Origin: a virus
Length of the DNA: 64,000 nucleotides
Virus record (IMG/VR): IMGVR_UViG_3300028920_000041
Location: 1 to 64,000 of that record
Direction: 5' to 3' (one strand)
Both the position numbers and the translations under genes were made by a program. The notes beneath the pieces were generated by a model. The model saw only the letters and a list, made by a program, of their open reading frames with translations. It did no database searches and was not told the origin of the DNA. Below are positions 9,121 through 18,690 of the stretch, in pieces (the stretch's first letter is position 1; each line of letters starts with the position of its first letter).

Positions 9121-11975
9121 AATTTCTTCTGTTCACAGACACCCATATTAGCTCTAAAGTGGAGTTTTCTAAGCCTACCGAAGATGGCTTAACAGACTAC
9201 CTGCATAGAGTAATCAGATCTTTTGAATGGGTAGAAAGTCTAATTGAAAGTCATGATCCTGACTCTGTAGCTATGCTTGGGGATTTGTTTGATACAACAG
9301 GCTTTGTCGATACACTTTCTCTGCATGTAGGGTCTAAGGTTTGCAGTAGCTTAATCAGTACGTGTTGTGCGTTAGAAAAGCCGCTTTATTGGGTTGTCGG
9401 CAATCACGATATCTATTCAGAAGCAGCACACAATCTAGGGTTCCTAGGTGATCTGTCTACATGGGGTCAAGTTGTAGACAAGCCTCGAATTGTAAGGATT
9501 CAAGACACACCGATATTGTTTCTGCCATGGGGCTATGAGCCAAAAGAGGGTGAGTATTCTATCATCTTGTCTCATACAGAAATCAAAGGCGGTATGCTCA
9601 ACCCAAAGGCTCGCAGTACGGAAGGCATGGACCCAAATCACGGGCCTTGGATATTTAATGGACACTATCATCTTCCAGATCAACTAAGCGAAAGGTGTGT
9701 TCAAGTTGGGTCACTTCTTTCTAAGGACTTTAGGGATGGTCCTTCACTTTGTCGTGGTGTTGCTATTGTGGATTACGACGGTAGTAACTGCATTGTCACA
9801 AGGATAGCAAACCCACACGAAGTACCGTATAGAACAGTTAGAGTACTAGAGCACAAAGACTCTGTTTTGTGGAAGGCCAGGCTTGATGAAGGTATTACGG
9901 GCTTGGAAGATTCTTATGTTAAAGTTGTCTATGATGAGGCTTACAAGGAGGTTGCAGAACAGGTTTCTTACCTGACAAAAGGATCTAGGCTGGAGTTAAA
10001 GTCAGAACCTATACCAGAGTTAAAAGACAGTGTCGTAAACGAAGCTTTCTCGCCCGAAGAGAACTTTAAGAAGTATGTTGAAAATGTATTGCTCTTTGAC
10101 GAAGAAAAAGATGCTGAATTGGTCTTGTCAAAGGGTTTGGGTTATATAGAGTCTGTCAAAAAAGACTTCAATACTTCCACACAGCCTGTACTGTTCAAGT
10201 CACTCTATATCAAGGGTTTTCAGTCTATTGGTGAGATTGAAGTTGATTTGAAAGATCAGGGTTTGATTTGGGTAGGTGGCCCGAACGGGGTAGGCAAGAC
10301 AACGCTACTAGAGTCCTTGTTTTGGGCTTTGACAGGAAGGTCAGCGCGTCATGGGGATAGGTCTGGGGATGAGGTTATCGGCTGGCACACAGACACCTGT
10401 GAAGTGTCCGTAGATCTAACAATTGGAGGCCATGACTACACGATTACGAGAGGCAGGAAACCCAACAGAGTAGAGCTTTATCTAGGTGAGACTTCAATAA
10501 GCGCAAGAAGAGCTAGAGACACAGATAAAATCATACAAGAGCTAGTTGGACGATCCAAAGATGTCTTACAACACAGCATCTTTTTGACTTCCGGACTCGA
10601 TACCAAGTTCACCTCTCTGTCTTATCCAGATCGTATCCGCTTACTTGAGAGCATTACAGACGCTGGAGTTTATTCAAAAGTAGAAAGTAAAGTAAAGAAA
10701 GACATAAAGCAAGTTTATAGGGGCTTATCCTATGAGGAAGGTGCAAAGGAGTCCATAGAGAAAAGGCTTAATTCGCTCAATAGTAGGTTGCCTGAAGTAC
10801 AGGGCGAGATTGTCCAAGTTAGACGGGAGCTGTCAACGAAACAAGATAGTCTCAGAAGAGATCTAAAGGAGCTAGTAAATCAAAGAAAGGATTTTGTAGT
10901 TCTTCTTAAAGACAAAGAGGCAGAACGGAGGAAAATAGAGGAAGAGTACTCTGTGCTTGATAGAACAGCTTCTATGGTCCGTTCTGCTAGAGTGTCTATG
11001 GTAAACAGGTTGACAGAGCTAGAGACCACAGCACGGTATTTGAAGCAAGACATAAAGAACAAACTAGATCTAGCGGCTTCTGGGCGGTGTCCAACGTGCT
11101 TTTCATCCAACGTAAAGAAGTCTCTAACGGGGTATATTGAAAAGCAACAGACAGAGTTGAGCGAAGTATTAAGCGAGCGTAACGAGAAAATTCTACCAAA
11201 GAGTAAGTTCTACGAAAACGAAGAAAAGAAACAAGAGAGCAAGTTAGCAAACCTTGATCTCAGAGTCAGACAGTACAGGAACGAAGAAGATAGGCTAAAC
11301 ATAAAGCTTCAAGAAATAGAACGCACAATAAATGGTGTTAAAGTAGAAATCAACCTATCAAGCTCCAAGGTTGATAAGCTGGAAGCCAAAAAAGAAGAGA
11401 TACAACTCTCTATTGCCGAAGAGCGTTCTGCACTTCAAAACAGCAAAGAAAAGATCTCATCGCTTCAACTGGAAGAAAGGATCTATTCGTTCTTGGTCAA
11501 GGCGTTTTCAACCAATGGTATCCGGGCAAGCATGCTTTCTTCCACTACAGTTCCGTTTCTTAACTCTCGGATAGAACAATACGCGTCAACACTGAGCCTG
11601 CCGTTTAGTCTTACAAACAAAGTAGAGACCAAATCAGGTGCTGAAGACAACAAGGTTGATATAGCTCTTCCAGGAAAGCGGACCTACAAAGCATGCTCCA
11701 GAGGTGAGAGACGCAGAATTGATTTGGCTGTACAATGCGCCATAAATGATCTTGCTATTGCAACAGGTGGTTCCAGAGTTAACTTGCTTGTAGCAGATGA
11801 AGTCATAGATCCATTGGATGATGCAGGCGTCAAGTCATTCATTGACATACTGCAAACCAAATCAAAAGACAGCACAGTCATTTTAATTACACACAAGCCT
11901 TTCATAGATTCTTATGCAGCTAAAAGATGGCTCTTGACTAAAGAGTATGACGTAACGAACCTACAGACGGTATAA
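9117..11975 (+). CDS. fused Mre11/SbcD nuclease - Rad50/SbcC ATPase
   Basis: N-terminal phosphoesterase motifs FTDTH, GDLFD, GNHD, SHT, GHYH; then Walker A GPNGVGKTT, coiled coil with CPTC zinc hook, signature CSRGERRRIDLA, Walker B LLVADE, LITH; no stop between the halves. Confidence 0.92.
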   Translation: MKFLLFTDTHISSKVEFSKPTEDGLTDYLHRVIRSFEWVESLIESHDPDSVAMLGDLFDTTGFVDTLSLHVGSKVCSSLISTCCALEKPLYWVVGNHDIYSEAAHNLGFLGDLSTWGQVVDKPRIVRIQDTPILFLPWGYEPKEGEYSIILSHTEIKGGMLNPKARSTEGMDPNHGPWIFNGHYHLPDQLSERCVQVGSLLSKDFRDGPSLCRGVAIVDYDGSNCIVTRIANPHEVPYRTVRVLEHKDSVLWKARLDEGITGLEDSYVKVVYDEAYKEVAEQVSYLTKGSRLELKSEPIPELKDSVVNEAFSPEENFKKYVENVLLFDEEKDAELVLSKGLGYIESVKKDFNTSTQPVLFKSLYIKGFQSIGEIEVDLKDQGLIWVGGPNGVGKTTLLESLFWALTGRSARHGDRSGDEVIGWHTDTCEVSVDLTIGGHDYTITRGRKPNRVELYLGETSISARRARDTDKIIQELVGRSKDVLQHSIFLTSGLDTKFTSLSYPDRIRLLESITDAGVYSKVESKVKKDIKQVYRGLSYEEGAKESIEKRLNSLNSRLPEVQGEIVQVRRELSTKQDSLRRDLKELVNQRKDFVVLLKDKEAERRKIEEEYSVLDRTASMVRSARVSMVNRLTELETTARYLKQDIKNKLDLAASGRCPTCFSSNVKKSLTGYIEKQQTELSEVLSERNEKILPKSKFYENEEKKQESKLANLDLRVRQYRNEEDRLNIKLQEIERTINGVKVEINLSSSKVDKLEAKKEEIQLSIAEERSALQNSKEKISSLQLEERIYSFLVKAFSTNGIRASMLSSTTVPFLNSRIEQYASTLSLPFSLTNKVETKSGAEDNKVDIALPGKRTYKACSRGERRRIDLAVQCAINDLAIATGGSRVNLLVADEVIDPLDDAGVKSFIDILQTKSKDSTVILITHKPFIDSYAAKRWLLTKEYDVTNLQTV

Positions 11976-11976
11976 C

Positions 11977-12552
11977 ATGTCTTCAACAAGAGGTTTTAAA
12001 CTTCCGAGAGATGAGTACTTGACGCCTCGAAGGCTAGTCAAGGCTGCTATTATCAAGCTGCATAGATCTTATCCGGAGTTTAAGCCTCTTACGTGTCTTG
12101 AACCGGGCTGTTCTTGGGCTTCTCACCTGGATTATGCACAAGATACCTTCTCAACATTAATCTACACAGTAGGTGTTGACGTATTAGACCAACCCACACA
12201 CCCAAGCCATGAGTTTATGTGTCATGACTTCACAACATGGCAAACAGAAGACAAGTTTGATCTGATAGTAACGAATCCACCATTCGGACTAGCAGAAGAG
12301 TTCTTCTTAAAGTCAAAAAACTTGCTAACGCCAACAGGCATAGCAATGTTGTTTCAGCGAATTGGTTTTTTTGCTTCGAAGAAAAGAAGACACAACTTGT
12401 GGGGCGAGATTAACTTAAAGCAGGTATGGATCTGTACGACGCGGCCTGCGATGATAGGCCAGCCGTCTGCAGACTCTTGCGAGTACGCTTATTACGTGTT
12501 TGATGCTAATTTGCCTGAAGGGAAAGTTCGGCTGGATTGGCTGGATTGGTAA
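11977..12552 (+). CDS. putative N6-adenine DNA methyltransferase
   Basis: DEYLTP, LEPGCS (degenerate motif I), DLIVTNPPF (motif IV). Confidence 0.75.
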   Translation: MSSTRGFKLPRDEYLTPRRLVKAAIIKLHRSYPEFKPLTCLEPGCSWASHLDYAQDTFSTLIYTVGVDVLDQPTHPSHEFMCHDFTTWQTEDKFDLIVTNPPFGLAEEFFLKSKNLLTPTGIAMLFQRIGFFASKKRRHNLWGEINLKQVWICTTRPAMIGQPSADSCEYAYYVFDANLPEGKVRLDWLDW

Positions 12553-12829
12553 CTTTATCAGAACATGTGTCCTGACCAATGTTGCTAAGCAGATAGTGAA
12601 GCTGTACTATCTTTTTTGCTAAAGACACACCGCCCATGCCTGAAAGAGTCCATGTTGCCAGGCACAAGAAACCAGAGGCTAAGAGCAGTCTATTGGAGCA
12701 TCCCTTCTGACCGGGTTGCTGCGCTTGGGATTGCGCTGTCTGGTGTAGTACCTCCATAACCGATGTGATCTGATTCCCACAATTCTGGACCACTGAAGTG
12801 GGATTACAGGGTTTTGACGTAGCCATCAT
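12506..12829 (-). CDS. possible small hypothetical protein (uncertain)
   Basis: AGGAGG 4 nt upstream of ATG on the minus strand, but the product looks poorly protein-like and overlaps the MTase 3' end. Confidence 0.3.
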   Translation of the reverse strand: MMATSKPCNPTSVVQNCGNQITSVMEVLHQTAQSQAQQPGQKGCSNRLLLASGFLCLATWTLSGMGGVSLAKKIVQLHYLLSNIGQDTCSDKVTNPANPAELSLQAN

Positions 12830-12986
12830 GAAACCTCCTACGGACATCTATAGCACCGATATGAGGCTATTTCCAGGCCTCTTCTTTTCAGCTACTCTAA
12901 CCTACGAAAAATGTCCATAGATTATCACTAAATTTTATTGACAGCTATATATCTGCCTGCTACCTATGGTCGGTGGAGGGTTAGGC

Positions 12987-13157
12987 ATGATGCTGTCCAA
13001 AGAGAACCTGAGGAAAATGATCGGCCAGAACAGCAACACGAGGCAGCGCCTGGAGCAACTCAGGGCCGTAACGCTACAGCTCCTGGCGACACTCGATAGC
13101 CGACCGAAAAACCAGGCTCGCTCAGCCTATCCACTCCCAAACCTGATCGCATGCTGA
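12987..13157 (+). CDS. small helical hypothetical protein
   Basis: GGAGG RBS before ATG; TTGACA at 12938-12943 upstream. Confidence 0.45.
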   Translation: MMLSKENLRKMIGQNSNTRQRLEQLRAVTLQLLATLDSRPKNQARSAYPLPNLIAC

Positions 13158-13178
13158 ACTAGCTCCCCACCTGCGATA

Positions 13179-13534
13179 TTAGCTAGAATGTTCTTTCTGG
13201 CTAAATCTCTCCCCTGATCTGTCAAGCTTCCAAACACAAACTTAGCTAGAATCTACCTGGAAAACTTGATCCAGAAATGCAGCTCTTTGTCAAGAGCTGT
13301 GTTACTGGCTGTCTTGTCGTGTCTTGATGCAATGCAGATCATGCACACTGGCTTGGCAGGACTAGACAGGAACCGTGTCACTGGCCACTCTACTAGCCCG
13401 TACCCTGCTAGGTAATCCCTTGTAATGATTACAGTAATTTGCCTGGTATTTGTCCGACAAATGTCCTTGACTGGATAGTACTATCTGTGTGAAACTAAAA
13501 GGAAAAACTAAAATTTGTTAGATTGGGAATCCCA
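13179..13534. promoter_or_regulatory. palindrome- and repeat-dense control region
   Basis: TTAGCTAGAAT x2 (13179, 13242); dyads CAGCTCTT-N4-AAGAGCTG (13280-13299), TGTAAT-G-ATTACA (13421-13433), ATTTGTC-C-GACAAAT (13448-13462), GATAGTACTATC (13474-13485), TGGGA-A-TCCCA (13524-13534). Confidence 0.6.
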
Positions 13535-13539
13535 GCAAC

Positions 13540-13571
13540 GTCAACAACAGAGTCAACAACAGAGTCAACAA
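13540..13571 (+). repeat. 12-bp tandem repeat GTCAACAACAGA, about 2.7 copies, abutting the RBS
   Basis: GTCAACAACAGA GTCAACAACAGA GTCAACAA followed by GGAG. Confidence 0.85.
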
Positions 13572-13582
13572 GGAGATGAGAG

Positions 13583-14590
13583 ATGAGTAAGACCACGAAG
13601 CGCAACACCAAGTCCGTCCACAACAACCGTTACAGTGACGGTGCCTTTGTGATGTGGAGTGCCAGGCTCACTGCCGCAGCGATGTCCTCACAGGACATCA
13701 GAGACATGGCCAACGCGGCTGGTCTCCCGGAGTCCATTGTCCCTGACTATGCCGGGGACCGAGCAATATGCAGTAGGGTCATTGACAGGCATGCGAGCAA
13801 GCTCAAGCGCCAGGGTTACGTGCTGTCCAAGCTCAAGAGGACCAAGAGCCATGTGCTCATGACAATCCACGAAACCTCGCGGGACATTGCTGCGAGGGAG
13901 ACAGAGTTACCGCAGGCGGGCACCCTGGAATGGACTAGCGAGACAAACGGCATTGTCTCGCCAGAGCAGCACACCGTTGCCGATTACCTGGATTACCACT
14001 ATCAGGATGCAGTGGGCAAAATCCATGCAACGGATTGGTCTAGCACCCTGATTGCCTATTTGCAGGATGAATGCCTTGCACAGGCCTGGAGAGATGATGG
14101 TCGGGTTTACTGGGTCCCTCCGACCCATCTTGACAGAGTCAGAGAGCTACAGGATTGGCTACAGAGTGTTGGTGTGAGCCTGGCCGTTGCTGAGATTGAC
14201 GGCGCTGTCAGAGAGTCTGTGGTTGAGGTAGTCGAGGCCTCTTTGGTGGACCAATTGGATGAGCTGCAAGCCGAAGTGGATGGATTCAACGGCTTGCAGA
14301 AGCCAAGCACCTACGCCGACCGTATCGAGAGGTATCATGAGCTACGCAAACGCGTTACCGTGCATACAGAGTGCCTGGGTATCGCTAAGTCCACTGCTAA
14401 CAGCCTCCTAAAGCAACTCGAAGACATGGAAGTGACCGTAGTGCAGCACTTGGCAACCCGTGAGAACATCCGTGTCAAAAGGGATGGCACAATAGAGCAG
14501 TTGGCTCCGGCCACAGACGAGTATGAGGACTCCGAGGACGAAGAGACGGACAACGAAACCGATACTCCCGTTGTGTCGTTTGATTGGTAG
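13583..14590 (+). CDS. DUF6744-like protein
   Basis: GAFVMWS...AAGLPESIVP, RDDGRVYWVP, SLVDQLDELQAEV pattern recalled from the DUF6744 family; directly upstream of an AAA-VWA pair; acidic tail. Confidence 0.55.
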   Translation: MSKTTKRNTKSVHNNRYSDGAFVMWSARLTAAAMSSQDIRDMANAAGLPESIVPDYAGDRAICSRVIDRHASKLKRQGYVLSKLKRTKSHVLMTIHETSRDIAARETELPQAGTLEWTSETNGIVSPEQHTVADYLDYHYQDAVGKIHATDWSSTLIAYLQDECLAQAWRDDGRVYWVPPTHLDRVRELQDWLQSVGVSLAVAEIDGAVRESVVEVVEASLVDQLDELQAEVDGFNGLQKPSTYADRIERYHELRKRVTVHTECLGIAKSTANSLLKQLEDMEVTVVQHLATRENIRVKRDGTIEQLAPATDEYEDSEDEETDNETDTPVVSFDW

Positions 14591-14599
14591 GAGGGGACC

Positions 14600-15820
14600 A
14601 TGGCAACCAAAAAGAGTGCTAATAAGAAGACAACCAAGACGAACGGTATCCGTAAAAAAGTAACGGAATTTGTCATTGAATTGACAAAATGCCTCTTGGA
14701 ACGCGAGAGAGCGATAATGCTCGCCATGGTGGCCTTGTTGTCCAGAGAGCACTTGTTGTTGTTGGGTCCTCCAGGGGTTGCCAAGTCGCTATTGGTCCGC
14801 GAGATAACAAAGAGGATTGAAGGTAGCCAGTACTACGAACGCTTAATGAGCCAAACCACCGAGCCCAACGAAGTTTTCGGCCCAGTGGACTTGGCAGCGC
14901 TTAGTGACAGAGGCGAGTACCGCAGAGTCAGTAAGGGTGCGTTACAGACCGCCCATATTGGTTTTTTGGACGAGATATTCAAGGCTAACAGTACCATCTT
15001 GAATTGTCTGTTGACGCTAACCAACGAAAGACTGTACCACGAGGTTGGCTATGAGCCTCAACAGGCCCCACTACTGTCAATATTTGGGGCCAGCAACGAA
15101 ACACCGCAAGAGGACGAGTTAGGCGCGTTGTATGACCGGTTTCCCTTGAAGGTCGTGATTACCGATACGGTAGAGGAGTCCTCTTTTGAAGCTCTTGTGT
15201 TGGGTACCTTTGGCTCTACTGTCAAAAACACCATTACTGTTGACGATATCTTGGAAGCGCAGAAATTGTGTGACGCAGTAACAATACCCTCCGAAGTAGT
15301 TGAGGGGCTTAAACGCATTTGCCGTATCGAAGCCCCATCACAAGGGATCAGGGTGTCTGACCGTACCGTTGTCAAAGCCGCTAAAGTGCTCAAAGCAGCG
15401 GCCTGGTTGCGTGGTCGTAATGAGGTGATAGTAGAGGACTTGTCAATATTGGCTGATATGCTCTGGTCCGAACCAAAACAAATTAAAGCAGTTGAGCGTT
15501 TGGTCTACGAGGTTAGCAACCCACTACATCTCAGGGCAATTGAGACAGAGGACAGCGCTCGCGAAGTTTTTGGACAAATGCCGGATGATGATGCTGCCTG
15601 GCAGTCCAGCTATGACTCGTCCAAACGGACTGCGGAAAACGTAATTAAGCAGTTAGTTGATATGGATAACACTTTAGAGCGAGATATAGCGTCTAGTAAG
15701 GCCAGAGACAAGCGCAGAGCTTGGCAGTCCCTGCATGCGGTAAGAGAGCTACGCAAGCAAGCTGCTACAGTGCTTTACCGCAAAGCAGGCAAACAGTCCA
15801 CGCGCCTGGCGAGGGGCTGA
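14600..15820 (+). CDS. MoxR/RavA-family AAA+ ATPase
   Basis: LLLGPPGVAKS (Walker A), TEPNEVFGP, FLDEIFKANSTILNCLL (Walker B), ASNETP, LYDRF, VSDRTVVK. Confidence 0.92.
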   Translation: MATKKSANKKTTKTNGIRKKVTEFVIELTKCLLERERAIMLAMVALLSREHLLLLGPPGVAKSLLVREITKRIEGSQYYERLMSQTTEPNEVFGPVDLAALSDRGEYRRVSKGALQTAHIGFLDEIFKANSTILNCLLTLTNERLYHEVGYEPQQAPLLSIFGASNETPQEDELGALYDRFPLKVVITDTVEESSFEALVLGTFGSTVKNTITVDDILEAQKLCDAVTIPSEVVEGLKRICRIEAPSQGIRVSDRTVVKAAKVLKAAAWLRGRNEVIVEDLSILADMLWSEPKQIKAVERLVYEVSNPLHLRAIETEDSAREVFGQMPDDDAAWQSSYDSSKRTAENVIKQLVDMDNTLERDIASSKARDKRRAWQSLHAVRELRKQAATVLYRKAGKQSTRLARG

Positions 15821-15822
15821 CA

Positions 15823-17253
15823 ATGGGACTATGTTACAAAACTTCAACGTGGGCTGACCGATTGTGGTCTAGCCACGTTAAGCAGTCCCGACAGGCACAG
15901 GCTATTGTTAGTAGAGGAGAGGTTAAGCAGGGAGCTAGCTACAGCGGGTTCGCTAGCGACCTACACAGCAGATTGTACCTCAACAACGAGCCTGACAAGC
16001 TTAACAGTGGTCCAGACTGGGCGAGCAAACTGCATGAGTCAGCTAGTGACCTAGCGGAGTGGCGTCAACTCAAGTCGCGGTGTCGCCATGATGGGTTTGC
16101 CGCTGGCGTTGCTACAGAGGCAATCCTGTCGTGTCTGTCAGATCAGATACCCGATAGTAGCGATAGTGACAACTCCGACCCTGACACGTCAGAGCTACCC
16201 TATACGGATGCACCAGTGGTGCCTGGCCAGGCCAGCGGCCCCCCAGCGGCTTGGACGGACCAGAGTCCACCTGATGATGCTGACACCCGCCAGGCGCTTA
16301 GGCGGGCTGTCAGAGCGGCCAGAGATGCAGTGGTGGAGATAGACGCCAGTCTAGACGGTCTGCAGACTGCTCTAGGACTGCGCCGGCCAGGGACCGCTAT
16401 CGGGGAGCAAGCTACGTATCAGGATATAGATAAAATCAGAGAGGCACACCGGACAGTATCCCGGTCCCGCAACCTGCAGCAGATAGCAGAGCTAGCAGGC
16501 CGGTTCACGCGCTTGGCAGCAACCAAGCAGCGTAACAAAGTGCGCGGTAGCGTGGGCGCGGTCAAAGGGGTTGAGCTATCTGGTGACCTATCACGCGTGC
16601 TACCAAGCGAGCTAGCAGGCCTCAGAGGCAGCCGCTATGAGCGTTTGCTCACACTGGCCAAGTTGGTTGACAAGAGAGCGCTCTCCTATCGGTTGGAGGC
16701 TAAAGAGACCGAGGCCAGGGGTCCCGTAGTCATATGCACTGACCTATCAAGCTCTATGCGAGGGTCCAGAGACCTGTGGGCCAAAGCTTGCACGCTAGCC
16801 ATCCTGTCCACGGCCACTAGACAGCGTCGGGCCTGCACTGTGCTCGGCTTTGACCGGGCTATCAGGCATACAGACACTATCAGAGCCAGTGATACTACGG
16901 CCGATGATATTGACAGGGTACTATCGCATGCCCCGCGCGGAGGTACCGATTACAATCCTCCGCTTACAAAGGCTGCAGATATAATAGAGACAGATCATGT
17001 TATGTCTAAAGCTGACATTATCCTAATCACTGACGGCGAGGCATACCTGGATACTGAGGTTGCTACTAGATTGCAGAGCCTGACTACAGACCATGGTGTT
17101 AACATCTACGTCATAGCCATTGGCAACGAGGCGAGGGAAATACAGCAGGGACCACTGTCAAGGGTAGCAACGCGGCTAGCAGTGGTCGAGTCAACAGCAC
17201 TCGATACGGCCACAGACCCGGTCGTATTCGAGTCGGTAAATTTGGAGGGATAA
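15823..17253 (+). CDS. ViaA-like VWA (MIDAS) domain protein
   Basis: GVELSGDLSRVLPSEL, CTDLSSSM (DxSxS), GGTDYN, ILITDG; follows the RavA-like ATPase. Confidence 0.88.
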   Translation: MGLCYKTSTWADRLWSSHVKQSRQAQAIVSRGEVKQGASYSGFASDLHSRLYLNNEPDKLNSGPDWASKLHESASDLAEWRQLKSRCRHDGFAAGVATEAILSCLSDQIPDSSDSDNSDPDTSELPYTDAPVVPGQASGPPAAWTDQSPPDDADTRQALRRAVRAARDAVVEIDASLDGLQTALGLRRPGTAIGEQATYQDIDKIREAHRTVSRSRNLQQIAELAGRFTRLAATKQRNKVRGSVGAVKGVELSGDLSRVLPSELAGLRGSRYERLLTLAKLVDKRALSYRLEAKETEARGPVVICTDLSSSMRGSRDLWAKACTLAILSTATRQRRACTVLGFDRAIRHTDTIRASDTTADDIDRVLSHAPRGGTDYNPPLTKAADIIETDHVMSKADIILITDGEAYLDTEVATRLQSLTTDHGVNIYVIAIGNEAREIQQGPLSRVATRLAVVESTALDTATDPVVFESVNLEG

Positions 17254-17254
17254 G

Positions 17255-17761
17255 ATGGCAACAGAGATGCAAGATCAGGAGTTGAGGTCAGAGTTTGAGA
17301 GTATTGTCGATTGGGTTGAGAGCAATTGTCATAAGAGTTTGCTCTACGTGTACAACTACCAGGTGCACGGTACTGGCAGGAGTGATAGGTATGAGCGGGC
17401 GCTCAAAGAGGTTAACAACTCTGTGCATTACGCGATAGCCTGTTTTAAGGTGATTCGGTTGCGTAGGATTTGCAAACTGTACGAGGTTAATCTGTTTGGT
17501 GACACACGCAAGGCTAACATGATAGATCGTATCTGTAGCAGGATGGTGACAATTTTGCTAGATAGGTTTTCGAAGTACGAAGACAGCGAAAAGGCCAAAG
17601 AAGAGACAATACATTTTATTACTCGCATTCACGAGCACTATATTGCGCATAAACACGTTGGAGAGCATCCAGAACAGTATACAGAGACCATCGTAACGCG
17701 CCAGATGGCTCTAACGATGTTGAGGATTGCCACATCGGTTCTCACAGACTACGAGGACTAG
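17255..17761 (+). CDS. hypothetical protein
   Basis: 168-aa ORF starting 2 nt after the VWA gene stop; GGAGG RBS. Confidence 0.7.
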   Translation: MATEMQDQELRSEFESIVDWVESNCHKSLLYVYNYQVHGTGRSDRYERALKEVNNSVHYAIACFKVIRLRRICKLYEVNLFGDTRKANMIDRICSRMVTILLDRFSKYEDSEKAKEETIHFITRIHEHYIAHKHVGEHPEQYTETIVTRQMALTMLRIATSVLTDYED

Positions 17762-17771
17762 ACGCAACGTG

Positions 17772-17822
17772 TGATAGCTGCTAGGCTGCATCGCTACCAC
17801 GGTGCGGCCTGTGGAGCTATCA
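17772..17822 (+). other. long intergenic RNA hairpin
   Basis: TGATAGCT/AGCTATCA outer stem; AGGCTGCATCG/CGGTGCGGCCT inner stem with three G-U pairs; 6-nt loop. Confidence 0.6.
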
Positions 17823-17842
17823 ACCCGTGCTAAGGAGGATCC

Positions 17843-18484
17843 ATGCGACCAAGAGTGACAATCAATGACAAAAGCATTGTCAGCCACAACTACAATCGCG
17901 CTAGCAGTACATATGAGCGATCAAACTGGCAACACCTTTTAACGATGGATGAGGACGGCACCATAGACGTAGAGACGCTGTTTGGAGGTGGGACTCCACT
18001 GTCTGTACACACGGGCAGGACGCTGGTACTAGCTCACGTACCAGACGGGGTGGCGGATGCCTCTGACTTGGCAGAGTGGCTACAGGACCAGGACAACCTG
18101 ACAGGCCTGCAGAGCCTGCTAGATGGCCACAGTACGAGCATGGACAACAACGGCCGGTGGCAGGGGGTGCTGACAGACAGCGCGGCAGACTGGCTCCAGG
18201 AGCTAGCAGACCGCTGCCAGGCGGTCTGCTACGAGTTGCCTCAGTACTGGGATGCTAACGACTATTATATTGACACATCGCGAGAGCTAATCGAGGCTGC
18301 GTTTTCCGATGACCGCCAGACGCAGGTGGAGCTACTCGTTGACGCTGCGTTGACAGATAGCGAGCCGGCGCACCTGGAGCCTGCAGATGTGGACTCTCAC
18401 CTGGATTGGGTCAAGGATAACTACTGTCACCAGTGCTACGAGGACAGCAGATACTGTACCTGTGAGGAGGACTCAGCATGCTAG
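17843..18484 (+). CDS. highly acidic hypothetical protein with C-terminal CxxC-x6-CxC
   Basis: Strong RBS TAAGGAGG; about 40 D/E versus about 12 K/R by hand count. Confidence 0.75.
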   Translation: MRPRVTINDKSIVSHNYNRASSTYERSNWQHLLTMDEDGTIDVETLFGGGTPLSVHTGRTLVLAHVPDGVADASDLAEWLQDQDNLTGLQSLLDGHSTSMDNNGRWQGVLTDSAADWLQELADRCQAVCYELPQYWDANDYYIDTSRELIEAAFSDDRQTQVELLVDAALTDSEPAHLEPADVDSHLDWVKDNYCHQCYEDSRYCTCEEDSAC

Positions 18485-18690
18485 CTCCAGGTACACGAGT
18501 CATCATGGTTGAGGTGGACCACAGGGGTGTTGCGCACCGGGTCAACTGCATAGGGACGGTGGTGCAAACGGGTCTGTCAGAGTCTGTCAGTGGTAGCAAA
18601 GCGTGGTACAAAGTTCGGTGGGACGCTGTTACAGGCCTCGGCACCGGATGGATTCACATTACGCAACTAGAGCCACTGTATCATGGCTGA
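18478..18690 (+). CDS. small SH3/KOW-like beta-barrel protein
   Basis: LAPGTRVIM...GTVV...WYKVRWD...GWIHITQLEPL; RBS GAGGAGG; overlaps both neighbours. Confidence 0.6.
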   Translation: MLAPGTRVIMVEVDHRGVAHRVNCIGTVVQTGLSESVSGSKAWYKVRWDAVTGLGTGWIHITQLEPLYHG

